A stretch of DNA of 64,000 nt, from assembly GCA_040006935.1 (NCBI GenBank), contig JBDTVZ010000001.1, forward strand, positions 167,772 through 231,771. Reading direction: 5' to 3'. The position numbers and the translations under genes are program-made. A model generated the notes under the pieces. That model saw only the letters and a program-made list of their open reading frames with translations. It did no database searches and was not told the origin of the DNA. Source of the stretch: Candidatus Dojkabacteria bacterium. GTDB lineage: Bacteria > Patescibacteriota > Dojkabacteria > J137. Positions 46,229 through 56,458 of the stretch are shown piece after piece. Each line of letters begins with the position of its first letter. The stretch's first letter is position 1.

Positions 46229-49200
46229 ATGGAAACAAATCAAAAAAACTCATATCTAAAAACTTTGCTACTCTTTGTATTTGGATTTCTAATAATATCT
46301 TTAGTTCATCCACTAAAGATAATAGCTATTATTCCAATGTTCCAAGCTCGATCCGAAGTGTATGTGTTTTTAGGAGGAGTCAAAGCAACCGGATCCACAG
46401 ATGTTAACGCTGCAAATAGATCTGCAGAAGGACTTAATTATAGAGATAATATTGTAAACGAGAAATCTCATGAAATGAGAAATAACTATACAGCACCAAC
46501 TGCACAAATTCCTGCTCTTTATAATAACGACTTAGAAGGAGAGTGGAATACACCAATAAATCCAAATGTTGATCAAATAGTTTATGTTTGGGAGACTAGA
46601 AACGGAGTCAATAGCTGGAATGGACCAACATGGGTTGCGGGATTTAAAGGAATAATCTCGCAAGCAGAAGTTACACAAAATTATAAGTCTGTGGATTCTT
46701 TTGTGATGGAACCAGTTCCTACTCCTGTATTTCAATCTTCTACCTTCAGTTCAATTACTTTAAGCTGGAATGGTTTGTGGGATAATAGTCAAGGTGCGAA
46801 TGGAGGTGTTTCAAATAATACCGTAACAGGTTATACAATATATAGGAGTGTTAACGGAGGAGCTTATTCATTACTAACTTCTGTAAGTCAAATTGCTGGA
46901 GGACTTATTAGCTACACTGACAATACAGCAACACCAAGAAATAATTATAAATATCAATTAGGGGTAAAATTTTCTTGGACTGCAAATCCATTAGGGTATT
47001 ATGAATCAATTGGTCGTGGACCAGAATCTTCTGATATGGCTACTTTAGTTCCAGAACCGGATAGAACTGTTATTTTAGGCACAGCTCAAAGCATTGTTGC
47101 AGGTAATAAATCTGCAGTTCGAACTTTAGAAACAAGAGATTCATCTGGTAATACAATAAATGTAACTAGTGATACAACTATAGATTTAAGTTCGAATTCA
47201 ACAGGTGCTAATAAGAAATTTTATTCCGTAGCATTAGGAGCCTGTACTAATAATGAAATAACATCTGTACTTATTCCAGATGCAACTTCACAAGCACAAT
47301 TCTGTTACTATGACGAGAAAACTTCACCAACTACTTGGACTTTAACTACTCATAAGTCAAACCCTAGTGCACCTTCTTGGAGTGATGGAACACAGGTAAT
47401 AACTGTTACCCCAGCAGCATTAGCAAGCTTTAACGTTTCAATGAGCTCACCTCAAAAGAATAGAGCAGTATTTACTGGAATTAATACGGCAACAGCAATT
47501 GATCTATACGGAAATATAAAAACAAATTTTGATGCATCAGCAAATAATGTAACAGTTTCCTCTAGTCCAGTTGGGCTAACAATTGGTGGACTAAATGGTG
47601 GTTCTAGTAATTTACTAAATCTTGCAGGAGATTTTACTAATGGAGTTGCGAATCTAACAGGCAGACTTGTTGTAAGTACATCAACAATTGGATCTTATAC
47701 TTTCACTCTAAATTCTGCAGATGCCAAAAATGGCACTAGTGGAGGAGTTTCAATTACGGCAAGTGATTTAGATCATTTTAGCTTCAGCTTGAACACACCT
47801 CAAAAAGTTGATGCAATCTTTACAGGATTAAATACTCTAAGTGCTAGAGATATTGATAATAATATTGTGACAAGTTTTGATGCTTCACTTAATAATGTAA
47901 CTATAACCGAATCACTTGACTCTGGCACAGTTTCTGGACTTGGTTTAGGTGCAAATAATATATTAAATCAAAGCTCTGATTTTACTAATGGAGTTGCAAA
48001 TTTAACTAATAAAATAAAATATATTGGTGGAGTAGGATCACATATATTCAAAGCTACATCTGGTGCAATGAATGTTAATAGTAACTCAATTGATTTCACA
48101 AATGGAACTCTAGATAAATTTGCATTATCTTTCAATTCACCACAACAAAATGATACTGTCTTTGCAAGTGCCACAGTCACAGCACAAGATAAAGGAAATA
48201 ACACTGTATTGGATTTCGATGCTTCTGCAAACAATACAACATTAAGTGTTGACGCTGGAGTAATGGCAATTAGTGGGAGAGGTAGCCCAGTTTTAAATCA
48301 AAATACGGATTTTACGAATGGAGTTGCTACTATTAATAATGCAGTTAAATTTACTGGAACTATTGGTACTAGAATGATAACCGCAACTAGCTCAGATGGA
48401 AAGAATGGTAGCCAGAATGTAAATATTACAGTTGGTAGTATTAATTCACTAAAAATTAACAATGGTTCGGGCTCTCTGGCAAATGAAATAAACGATACCA
48501 CAATCACAACAGACGATTCGTTAGTATTGTGGTCAGCTGCTTACGATGTATCTGGAAACTTTATTAGTAATAGTGCAGTAAGTTGGTCATCCACTGGAAC
48601 TTTGGATGCTGTTAATTTTTCTAACACAACAAATATATCATTCGCTCCTACAACTTCGTCCTCAGCGGGAACAATTTCTATTACAGATGGAAGTACCTCT
48701 GATGCAACAGGAGTTATTACAGTTACTTCAGGAAATGCGGTATCATTTGATATTAGCGCTCCTACAACTGCCAATGCAGGCGTTCAATTTAATTTAAATA
48801 GCATTACTGCTAAAGATTCTCATAATAATACAGCATTAACATATACTGGTGCTCATATATTGACAGTATCCAATGCTTCTGTTGGCCCTAGCACAGGAAC
48901 ACCAACAGTAAGTATAAGTTGTTCATTTACTCAAGGTGTTATGGATAGTTGTGCACCAATAATACTTGTCAAAACAGAAACAATCAAATTAAGGTTAACA
49001 GACAGTGGAGCTACGGGACAATCCAATGACATAGTGGTAAGTGGAGGAAATCCACATGATTTAAATATTGTTTCTCCATCAAATGTAACTGCTGGAGTGC
49101 AATTTAACTTAACATCTATTTATGCCAATGATACTTATGGAAATGTTTCAAGTATTTATACGGGCACTAAGACAATAAATTATTCTGGACCCGGGAATGG

Positions 49201-51661
49201 GCCTACGTCGGGAACTCCTTCTTATACAACTACAGTTGATTTTGTTAATGGACTGTCCACAACAACATTAGCAACAACTTTGTATTTGGTTGAAAACATT
49301 CAAGTACAAATCTCTGATGGTACTTATTCGGGTACAAGCAATACAATAAGTGTAGCTGCAGGGAATGCAAGCTCGATGGAATATGTATCAGGCAATAGCC
49401 AATCTGGAGTGATTAACTCAAGCTTATCTGCCCCTTTAATTGTATTAATAAAAGATACTTTTGGAAATAATAAATCCGATGTAACAGTAAACTTTGCAGT
49501 AACTAGTGGAGGTGGAAGTGTAAATCCAACAAATCCTGTTAGTGATACATTGGGACAAGCACAAACAACTTTCACTCTTGGTAGTGTTGTAGGAACAGAA
49601 AATAATGTCGCTGAGGCGAGTGTTAATGGATTAAATGGATCACCAATTCCATTTGTAGCAAGTGCAACAGTTTCTGTGCCAGTTGGAATTAGAATTGTAA
49701 CTCCACCAATAGTACTGGCAGGTGTTGAATTTGATGCTGTAATTTCAGTAGTTGATGCTGGACAAAATACGGTAGGAACTTATTCTGGACTTAAGACAAT
49801 CAACTTCACAGGACCATCTAATTCTGCTGGAAATAATTCTCCATCTTACCCTGTAGATGTTACATTTGATCAAGGTATTGCAACAGCGAAAATTACTCTT
49901 TATAAAAAAGAAGTCACTAACTTGAATGGCAATATTCCATCTGATAACTTTAGTGGAAGTTCGAATCAAATAGATGTACATGCTGTTAGTCCGAGTACGT
50001 TTGAAGTCATTGCACCAAGTGAAGTTTTAATAGGAACAGAATTTAACTTAACTTCAATTAAAACTTTAGATACTTATAAAAACTTTGCCCCAGATTATAA
50101 CGGTACTAAAACTCTAAGCTATACTGGACCTGGAACAGGAGCTTCAGACGAGACACCCACATACACAACTACTGTAGATTTTACAAATGGAATTGCAACA
50201 ACTACATTAACAACAATTCTTGTAAAAGCAGAAACTGTAACATTAAATGTTAGAGATGATAGTGGCAATATATCAGGAGATTCAAACCAAATAGTCGCAA
50301 CTTTTGATGCACCGTTCGTATTATTCTATGTTTCAGGAAACAATCAAGTAGGAGTTGTAGGGCAAGATTTAGCACAACCAATTATTGTTTCAGTACTTGA
50401 TCAATTGGGCAACCCAGCAACAAGCAAAAGTGTTGACTTTGCAATTCAGGGTGGAGGTTCAGTAGATAATGATTCTGTGCCGGTAAGTTCAGATGGTTCT
50501 GCACAAGTACATTGGACTTTAGGAACTCAGCCTGGAATGCAAACTCTTACAGCAAGTGTAAATGGAATTTCAACATCAATAATTGTAAATGCAACAGCCG
50601 TGAGTGATAATGCAACAACACTGGATGTTGCTCAAAACTCTATGCAAGTTCGAAGGAATAAAGTATCTAATGCAATTACAATATGTTTAAAAGATCAATT
50701 TGGAAATCCAATTGCTACTAATTTAGAGAGAACAATAAATTTATTTACAAATTCATCAACTGGTCAATTTGGTGATAATAATAATGGTCCATTTAATCTT
50801 GTAAATGTAGTTATACCAATGGGACAATCTTGTACTCAAGTTTATTATCTGGATCCTACAATTGGAAATTACACATTAACATTTGATTCCACTGGGATTG
50901 CATCCGATCACCTAAGTATTGAAGTACAACCGGATCTTATTGTTAAGATTTCATTAAGCCCAGCTTCATTTACTATATTAAATACACAAACAAAACAACT
51001 GTCCGCAGTTGCATATAACGATCTTGACGAAGTTATATCTGGAATCACATTCAGCTGGGAAGTGACAAGTTCAAGTTCAGGAACAATTACACAATCAGGA
51101 CTATACACACCTGGCCAAACTGTTGGTACTTTTAATAATAATATTAAAGTTTCTTATTTAAATGTTTCTGCATTTGCTACCGCAACGATAACATTGGAGG
51201 AAAGTACTAACCCTCCTGTCGAAGATAATCCGATTGTTTACGTTCCAGTTATTAATACACCAGTAGTAAATAATCCTGTAACTATCGATGTTGATAATAG
51301 TTACAACGGAACTGGCACAGATATTAGTCCTATTCCAGTTAACATCAATTCAAAGCCTCAAATTCTTTCACCTAAGATAGAATCTAATTTAGAGGGGAAT
51401 GATATCGTTATAATATCTGGTACAGCACAAGCAAGTAAAGTTATTATTGTTAGGAATACTAATGGAAATGTTTTAGGATCTACAACATCAGATAAATATG
51501 GTTATTGGAAAATAGAAATACAAAATAGGAAATTTGCAGGGGCAGGAGAAACTTCTGTTACAGCAGGTGTATTAGATTCGGGTTTGACAAGCGATACTGT
51601 CACATTTAACATTGGTAGCAGAACACTTTTACAGCAATTCATTGATTTATTTTATTTTTAA
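46229..51661 (+). CDS. Giant surface protein 2 (1810 aa): signal anchor, fibronectin-III-like domain, tandem Big-like repeats including Big_1 (invasin/intimin-type), C-terminal Pro/Val-rich stalk
   Basis: Begins 15 nt after the previous giant ORF (operon). FN3-like YTIYRSVNGG. Repeated (F/L)N(V/S)S..PQK.D.(I/V)F.(G/S)..T..A.D..(N/G)N modules. Big_1-like SMEYVSGNSQSGVINSSLSAPLIVLIKDTFGN. Confidence 0.85.
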   Translation: METNQKNSYLKTLLLFVFGFLIISLVHPLKIIAIIPMFQARSEVYVFLGGVKATGSTDVNAANRSAEGLNYRDNIVNEKSHEMRNNYTAPTAQIPALYNNDLEGEWNTPINPNVDQIVYVWETRNGVNSWNGPTWVAGFKGIISQAEVTQNYKSVDSFVMEPVPTPVFQSSTFSSITLSWNGLWDNSQGANGGVSNNTVTGYTIYRSVNGGAYSLLTSVSQIAGGLISYTDNTATPRNNYKYQLGVKFSWTANPLGYYESIGRGPESSDMATLVPEPDRTVILGTAQSIVAGNKSAVRTLETRDSSGNTINVTSDTTIDLSSNSTGANKKFYSVALGACTNNEITSVLIPDATSQAQFCYYDEKTSPTTWTLTTHKSNPSAPSWSDGTQVITVTPAALASFNVSMSSPQKNRAVFTGINTATAIDLYGNIKTNFDASANNVTVSSSPVGLTIGGLNGGSSNLLNLAGDFTNGVANLTGRLVVSTSTIGSYTFTLNSADAKNGTSGGVSITASDLDHFSFSLNTPQKVDAIFTGLNTLSARDIDNNIVTSFDASLNNVTITESLDSGTVSGLGLGANNILNQSSDFTNGVANLTNKIKYIGGVGSHIFKATSGAMNVNSNSIDFTNGTLDKFALSFNSPQQNDTVFASATVTAQDKGNNTVLDFDASANNTTLSVDAGVMAISGRGSPVLNQNTDFTNGVATINNAVKFTGTIGTRMITATSSDGKNGSQNVNITVGSINSLKINNGSGSLANEINDTTITTDDSLVLWSAAYDVSGNFISNSAVSWSSTGTLDAVNFSNTTNISFAPTTSSSAGTISITDGSTSDATGVITVTSGNAVSFDISAPTTANAGVQFNLNSITAKDSHNNTALTYTGAHILTVSNASVGPSTGTPTVSISCSFTQGVMDSCAPIILVKTETIKLRLTDSGATGQSNDIVVSGGNPHDLNIVSPSNVTAGVQFNLTSIYANDTYGNVSSIYTGTKTINYSGPGNGPTSGTPSYTTTVDFVNGLSTTTLATTLYLVENIQVQISDGTYSGTSNTISVAAGNASSMEYVSGNSQSGVINSSLSAPLIVLIKDTFGNNKSDVTVNFAVTSGGGSVNPTNPVSDTLGQAQTTFTLGSVVGTENNVAEASVNGLNGSPIPFVASATVSVPVGIRIVTPPIVLAGVEFDAVISVVDAGQNTVGTYSGLKTINFTGPSNSAGNNSPSYPVDVTFDQGIATAKITLYKKEVTNLNGNIPSDNFSGSSNQIDVHAVSPSTFEVIAPSEVLIGTEFNLTSIKTLDTYKNFAPDYNGTKTLSYTGPGTGASDETPTYTTTVDFTNGIATTTLTTILVKAETVTLNVRDDSGNISGDSNQIVATFDAPFVLFYVSGNNQVGVVGQDLAQPIIVSVLDQLGNPATSKSVDFAIQGGGSVDNDSVPVSSDGSAQVHWTLGTQPGMQTLTASVNGISTSIIVNATAVSDNATTLDVAQNSMQVRRNKVSNAITICLKDQFGNPIATNLERTINLFTNSSTGQFGDNNNGPFNLVNVVIPMGQSCTQVYYLDPTIGNYTLTFDSTGIASDHLSIEVQPDLIVKISLSPASFTILNTQTKQLSAVAYNDLDEVISGITFSWEVTSSSSGTITQSGLYTPGQTVGTFNNNIKVSYLNVSAFATATITLEESTNPPVEDNPIVYVPVINTPVVNNPVTIDVDNSYNGTGTDISPIPVNINSKPQILSPKIESNLEGNDIVIISGTAQASKVIIVRNTNGNVLGSTTSDKYGYWKIEIQNRKFAGAGETSVTAGVLDSGLTSDTVTFNIGSRTLLQQFIDLFYF

Positions 51662-51678
51662 TTATTACGTTTTTAAAA

Positions 51679-52376
51679 TGAACACAGAAACAACGCAGCA
51701 GGTACCAAAGGATGAAACGAATCTTTTAAGTAAGATTGATTTTAAAAATAGAAAATTTGTTATAGCGCTGGTCACTGTCATTGTCGTGGCAATTGCAATC
51801 GGATTCATTGCTTTCTATCGAAAACCTAACAATCCAACAGATAATAGCAATACTACAAATCCAGTATTGATTGCTTACCAAAATCAAATCCCACAATTGA
51901 AATCACAATTGCAGGGTGATCCTAATAATAGTCAGATTTTAAAGGATTTGGCTATTGCTCAGTATGCAACTGGAGATATTGAAGGTGCAAAAGCCACATA
52001 CTTATTAGTTACTCAATCTGTAGCTAATGATCCTGTTATTTATAATAATTTAGGAAATATTTATAGAGATAGTGGAGAATACCAAAAGGCAGTTGATTCC
52101 TACCAGAAGTCAATTGACTTGGATAATAAACAAACAAGTGCTTATACAAACCTTGCAAATTTATATGCATACAGTTTGAATGAAGTTGATTTAAGTATCG
52201 GAGTTTATAACGAAGCAATAAAGAATAATCCGAATAATAAAGAAACCTTCTTACTTCAAATTGCAAATGAATATAGCAGCCTTGGAAGAAAAGAAGATGC
52301 AAAAGCTGTATATAATAGTATTTTAGAAATTAATCCAAACAACGAAGTTGCCAAGAATGCTTTAAAGAGTTTATAA
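51679..52376 (+). CDS. TPR-repeat protein with N-terminal TM anchor
   Basis: TM VIALVTVIVVAIAIGFIAF, then 4-5 TPR units (AIAQYATGDIEGAKATY, LGNIYRDSGEYQKAVDSYQKSIDLD...). The start at 51679 (MNTETT) is preferred over the overlapping upstream ATG at 51612. Confidence 0.7.
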
Positions 52377-52383
52377 GAATAAT

Positions 52384-52764
52384 ATGAAAGCAATGTACAG
52401 AACAAATATACTTTTGTTAGTATCATTTATACTTGCTTTTGCAATGATGTTTTTTGGTGGATTTAAAGAAAAAGAGACACCCGAAATAATTACAATGGTG
52501 GTTACTATATCTGTAACCATGGCAGGATTTGGACTAATCGCTTTTCAGATTGCAAGAGTTAGTAATGAACTTAAGAACGATTTTATAGAATCCAGCATAT
52601 TAATGATTCTTAGTACAATGGCAGGGTTTATATACTTAGTATATCCTGCTGAGAATAATCCAGGTATAATTAACTTTGGAGAAGTTAGTATTTTTATTTT
52701 CTTCTGGGCATTTAACCTATTCTTAATAACGCTAATTGATAAAAGGTTACATATTTTAGACTAA
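52384..52764 (+). CDS. Small 4-TM membrane protein
   Basis: 126 aa, four hydrophobic segments. No motif recognised. Confidence 0.45.
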   Translation: MKAMYRTNILLLVSFILAFAMMFFGGFKEKETPEIITMVVTISVTMAGFGLIAFQIARVSNELKNDFIESSILMILSTMAGFIYLVYPAENNPGIINFGEVSIFIFFWAFNLFLITLIDKRLHILD

Positions 52765-52782
52765 CTACTAATATCGCCCCTA

Positions 52783-53697
52783 TTGAATTTCCGCCACAAA
52801 GAGTTACAATATGCCCATATGACATCAATACTCAAAACAGAAAACATAACCAAAGATTATGGCAATGGGAAAGGAGCCCTTGATATAAACTTAGATATAA
52901 AACCTTCGGAAATAATTGGCTTTATAGGACCAAATGGTGCAGGGAAAACAACAACATTAAAAATGATAACTAGATTGATTAAGCCCAATTATGGGAAAGT
53001 CTTTCTATTCGGTAAAGAGATAAAAAACGAGCAAGATTATTTAGAAGTAGCAAGAAAAATAGGATTTTTACCATCAGAAGGTGGTCTATACGAAAATATC
53101 ACAGCTAAAGAACTATTTAACTATGCCGCCGCGCTTTATGAGGTTAATACTAAAGAAGTTCAGGAGTTGGCTGTAAAATTTAAATTAGATTTAAATACTA
53201 AAATACAAAATCTATCTTTAGGAAATAAAAGAAAGGTTGGGATTATTCAATCACTACTTCATAACCCTAAACTCCTTATTTTAGACGAACCTACTTCCGG
53301 CCTAGATCCATTAATCCAGAAGGAAGTTTTAACTTTAATTCAAAGAGTTAAACAAGATGGCGGTTCAATTTTACTTTCTTCACACAATCTTGCTGAGGTG
53401 GAGAGTATTTGCGATAGGACTGTAATGATTAAAGAAGGTCGAATCATCTTCACAGGGAAGACTAACGAAATACTTAAAAAATCACTGAGACGATTTAGAA
53501 TCGAGAATATTTCCAATGGATATTTAGAGGAAATCAAAAAATTGAAAAGTGTAAAGAAAACAGAATATCTATTGGACGACATTATTGCCTATGTAGACGA
53601 TATTAAAGAGTTGTTAACTTTCTTAGAAACAAAAAACCATTATGATTTCTATATTGAAAGACCAACATTAGAAGAAGCATTTCTAGAATATTATTAA
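52783..53697 (+). CDS. ABC transporter ATP-binding protein (ABC-2/bacitracin-export type). Probable true start at 52819 (MTSILKTENITK).
   Basis: Walker A GPNGAGKTT, signature LSLGNKRKVGI, Walker B LLILDEPTSGLD, H-loop SSHNL. Confidence 0.85.
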   Translation: MNFRHKELQYAHMTSILKTENITKDYGNGKGALDINLDIKPSEIIGFIGPNGAGKTTTLKMITRLIKPNYGKVFLFGKEIKNEQDYLEVARKIGFLPSEGGLYENITAKELFNYAAALYEVNTKEVQELAVKFKLDLNTKIQNLSLGNKRKVGIIQSLLHNPKLLILDEPTSGLDPLIQKEVLTLIQRVKQDGGSILLSSHNLAEVESICDRTVMIKEGRIIFTGKTNEILKKSLRRFRIENISNGYLEEIKKLKSVKKTEYLLDDIIAYVDDIKELLTFLETKNHYDFYIERPTLEEAFLEYY

Positions 53698-54510
53698 TTG
53701 AATATGAACAATTTTACTTCTTTATTAATTTTCGAGACTAAAAAGTTTTTCAAACCCTTTCTGATTTTTTCAACCATTTGGATGTTAATGATTTTTTTAT
53801 TCATGAGTTTTTTTGATAGTATTAAACAGAATGCTCAACAAATTATTGATCTGTATGCATCATTTCCTAAAGAATTACTCCAAGCTGTTGGGAAAGACTC
53901 AACATCTATAACGAACATATACGGCTACGTTGGTTCAGCAATTATGTTGTACTTATTTCTATCTGGGTGCATTCTTGTTATCTTTGTAGTTTCTAATTCA
54001 TTGTCGCAGGAAATTTCTAATCATAATATATTATTTCTACTTTCGAAACCTATAAGCCGTTTAAAAATTTATACAGCAAAATTTTTTGCAATATTTATAA
54101 ATATAGTTCTTTCTGATTTACTTTTATTTTTATCTCTAGTGGTTTCTATAAAAATTTTAACTAAAGAAACGGAAGTTGATTACCATATTTTTATTTTGAT
54201 TTTTTTAGCATTATTTATACTTCAATTCTTTTTTATGAGCGTAGCGGAGCTCATTGGTGCAAAATTGAATAGTGGAAAAACTACGGCCATTGTTTCGTTT
54301 CTAATCATTTTGTCATATCTATTCAATCTAATCTCAGGAATGTCGGAAAATGCAGGATTTTTAAAATATATAAGCCCCAATTTTTATGTGGGATTAGAAA
54401 AGATTTCAGAAACGAGAGAATTGAAATTTGAGAACATAGCAATTATTGTATTAGCAATCGGGTTAATTATTGTTGGAGGATATCTTTTTAAGAACAAAGA
54501 TATCGAATAA
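53698..54510 (+). CDS. ABC-2 family transporter permease (6 TM)
   Basis: Start overlaps the ATPase stop (TAATTGAATATG region). 270 aa with six hydrophobic helices typical of ABC2_membrane permeases. Confidence 0.65.
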   Translation: MNMNNFTSLLIFETKKFFKPFLIFSTIWMLMIFLFMSFFDSIKQNAQQIIDLYASFPKELLQAVGKDSTSITNIYGYVGSAIMLYLFLSGCILVIFVVSNSLSQEISNHNILFLLSKPISRLKIYTAKFFAIFINIVLSDLLLFLSLVVSIKILTKETEVDYHIFILIFLALFILQFFFMSVAELIGAKLNSGKTTAIVSFLIILSYLFNLISGMSENAGFLKYISPNFYVGLEKISETRELKFENIAIIVLAIGLIIVGGYLFKNKDIE

Positions 54511-54545
54511 ACTAGTTAATTGTCATATATATTACCTTATTAATT

Positions 54546-55601
54546 ATGGATAATAATTTAGATAAGCCAAAAACTCGAGAAGAAAGGCGTGAAGAACGTC
54601 ATCAACGGAGAGAAGAGTGGCGAAATTGGAGACATGAGATGCATCACGAGTACTGGGAATCCCGAATATTCGGAGCACTTACATTAATTATAGTCGGAAT
54701 AGTTTTTCTATTAAATACAACAGGAATTTTAGGCTGGGGTATATGGATTAATATTTTCAAGTTCTGGCCATTATTTATTGTCTCTGCTGGAATTAGTATT
54801 ATATTTAGAGGTTCCAGATTATTAAAATTTATTGGATCAGTTATTACTTTTGTTTTATTCTTAATCATATTATTCTTAGCAATTCTTAACCCTTTTCAAA
54901 GTAGCACAAGAATATTTTTCCCGTTTGCTTCAAGTTCTAACTCAACAATACAACATGCCAATGTAACTATTAAAGAGAACGAATATTCAGATGTTCAGAA
55001 TAAGAGCTTAAATGTAGATTTATCTATGGGGCAAGTAGCTATTGTAGATTCGGAGAGTAAAGATTATTTAAATCTAGTTACAGATTTTTACGTTGATTCA
55101 CAAAAAGTTGTTGTTACAAAAAATCTTGAAGATAGTAACCTTAGTGTAAGTTTAACAAATAATAATCAAAATAATTTTTTTACTGGTACACAGGGACCAA
55201 ATTATGCTATCGATTTAGGCCAGAACTCAATCCCTACGAATTTGGCATTAAACTTTGGTGCTGGCGATAGTGTAGTAAATTTATCTAGCCAGTTGATTAA
55301 TAATTTTAGTGTGGAAGTGGGTGCAGGAAATTCAACCTTACAAGTTTCAAGAATTTCTCTCCCTACTGGAAGTTTTAATGTAAAAACCGGACTTGGAAAT
55401 CTTAAATTATCTTTACCAAGTAACGTAGGTTTAAAAATAAATTATAAAGTAGGTTTAGGTAACATTAGTTTGAATGATAAGAAGCTTTCATCTGGTACCG
55501 GAAATTCAACTTTTATCTCAGATAATTATGATACTGCCTCAAAAAATGTGGTGATTAATGTGGAGGTTGGACTTGGTAATATTGATATTGTTACAGAATA
55601 A
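54546..55601 (+). CDS. LiaF-like membrane protein with C-terminal DUF4097-type beta-helix repeats
   Basis: Arg/Glu-rich N-terminus, 3-4 TM, then repetitive VGLGN(I/L)..(L/V) strands (TGLGNLKLSLP, VGLGNISLN, VGAGNSTLQVS). Confidence 0.5.
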   Translation: MDNNLDKPKTREERREERHQRREEWRNWRHEMHHEYWESRIFGALTLIIVGIVFLLNTTGILGWGIWINIFKFWPLFIVSAGISIIFRGSRLLKFIGSVITFVLFLIILFLAILNPFQSSTRIFFPFASSSNSTIQHANVTIKENEYSDVQNKSLNVDLSMGQVAIVDSESKDYLNLVTDFYVDSQKVVVTKNLEDSNLSVSLTNNNQNNFFTGTQGPNYAIDLGQNSIPTNLALNFGAGDSVVNLSSQLINNFSVEVGAGNSTLQVSRISLPTGSFNVKTGLGNLKLSLPSNVGLKINYKVGLGNISLNDKKLSSGTGNSTFISDNYDTASKNVVINVEVGLGNIDIVTE

Positions 55602-55621
55602 TTAATTATTAAATTTAATTT

Positions 55622-56308
55622 ATGCAAAATAATTTTACAGCTAGAGTTATAGTGGGGCTCTTCTTTATACTATTAGGACTGAGTTTATTCCTTGATCAAT
55701 TAGGTTTAAATTTCTTTGGATTTAATATATTTAATTTTTGGCCCTTAATTTTAATATTCTTTGGATTCATGTTGCTTGTACAAAGAAAATTTATTGGAGG
55801 ATTATTTTTACTTCTAATTGGATTCGCATTCTTATTCTCAATAGTTTTTCACTTCAGTATTTTTGCAGTAATTTGGCCATTGATAATAATATTTGTAGGT
55901 ATTTCTATATTATTAAGACCAGATAGATACTCAGAATTGAAAGGTGATTACTCATCAGAAAATACCTCAACTGTTAGCAGAGATTTTATTAATGAATCAG
56001 TTGTATTTTGGGGAATGGACGAACTAGTTAAATCAGATAATTTTGAAGGAGGTAAATTGGACTGTGTTTTTGGAGGATTTAAATTAGATTTAAGAGACGC
56101 AAAAATTTCTAAAGATAGAGCAAGATTAGAAATAAATTGCGTATTCGGTGGAGGAGAGCTTTACTTACCAAGAGATTTAAGGGTAGAAGTAGAAAGTACT
56201 TCTGTAATGGGAGGAGTTACAAATAAAGCTGTTTCAGGAAAGGCAACAGATCCAATAATTCGGATTAAAGCCACTGCAGTGTTTGGTGGACTGGAGATTA
56301 AGAATTAA
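55622..56308 (+). CDS. LiaF/YvqF-like cell-envelope stress protein (TM N-domain plus DUF2154-like C-domain)
   Basis: Four TM helices, then CVFGGFKLDLRDAKISKD...INCVFGGGELYLPRDLRVEVESTSVMGGV, typical of the LiaF C-terminal domain. Confidence 0.55.
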   Translation: MQNNFTARVIVGLFFILLGLSLFLDQLGLNFFGFNIFNFWPLILIFFGFMLLVQRKFIGGLFLLLIGFAFLFSIVFHFSIFAVIWPLIIIFVGISILLRPDRYSELKGDYSSENTSTVSRDFINESVVFWGMDELVKSDNFEGGKLDCVFGGFKLDLRDAKISKDRARLEINCVFGGGELYLPRDLRVEVESTSVMGGVTNKAVSGKATDPIIRIKATAVFGGLEIKN

Positions 56309-56458
56309 GAATCATGTAGGGTCCATAAATCTGTGGACCTTCAAATTCCATCAATGAGAAAGTAATAAACAAAATGAGCGGAGCCAAATCATGACCTCAT
56401 CGACTTGAAATCTTCAACTTTAAGTATAAACTATGCTCATATATATTAAATTTCTCAT

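Noticed and set aside
33086-51661. Numerous 60-110-aa minus-strand and out-of-frame ORFs inside the giant genes (e.g. 33996-34214, 37824-38120, 44578-44901, 48541-48774)
   Set aside because: All are embedded in and antisense or out-of-frame to the long, domain-rich giant ORFs, and their translations are low-complexity. Treated as spurious.
33086-51661. Diversity-generating retroelement (template/variable repeat pair) targeting the giant proteins
   Set aside because: No reverse transcriptase gene, and no near-identical ~100-150-bp repeat pair differing only at adenines, was seen. The internal repeats are protein-domain repeats with ordinary divergence.
51612-51678. Upstream in-frame ATG at 51612 for the TPR protein overlapping the end of the giant gene
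   Set aside because: The 22 extra residues (MVAEHFYSNSLIYFIFNYYVFK) overlap the preceding ORF's 3' end and precede a much more plausible start (MNTETTQQ) that is followed by a TM anchor. The longer start is likely an artefact of longest-ORF calling.
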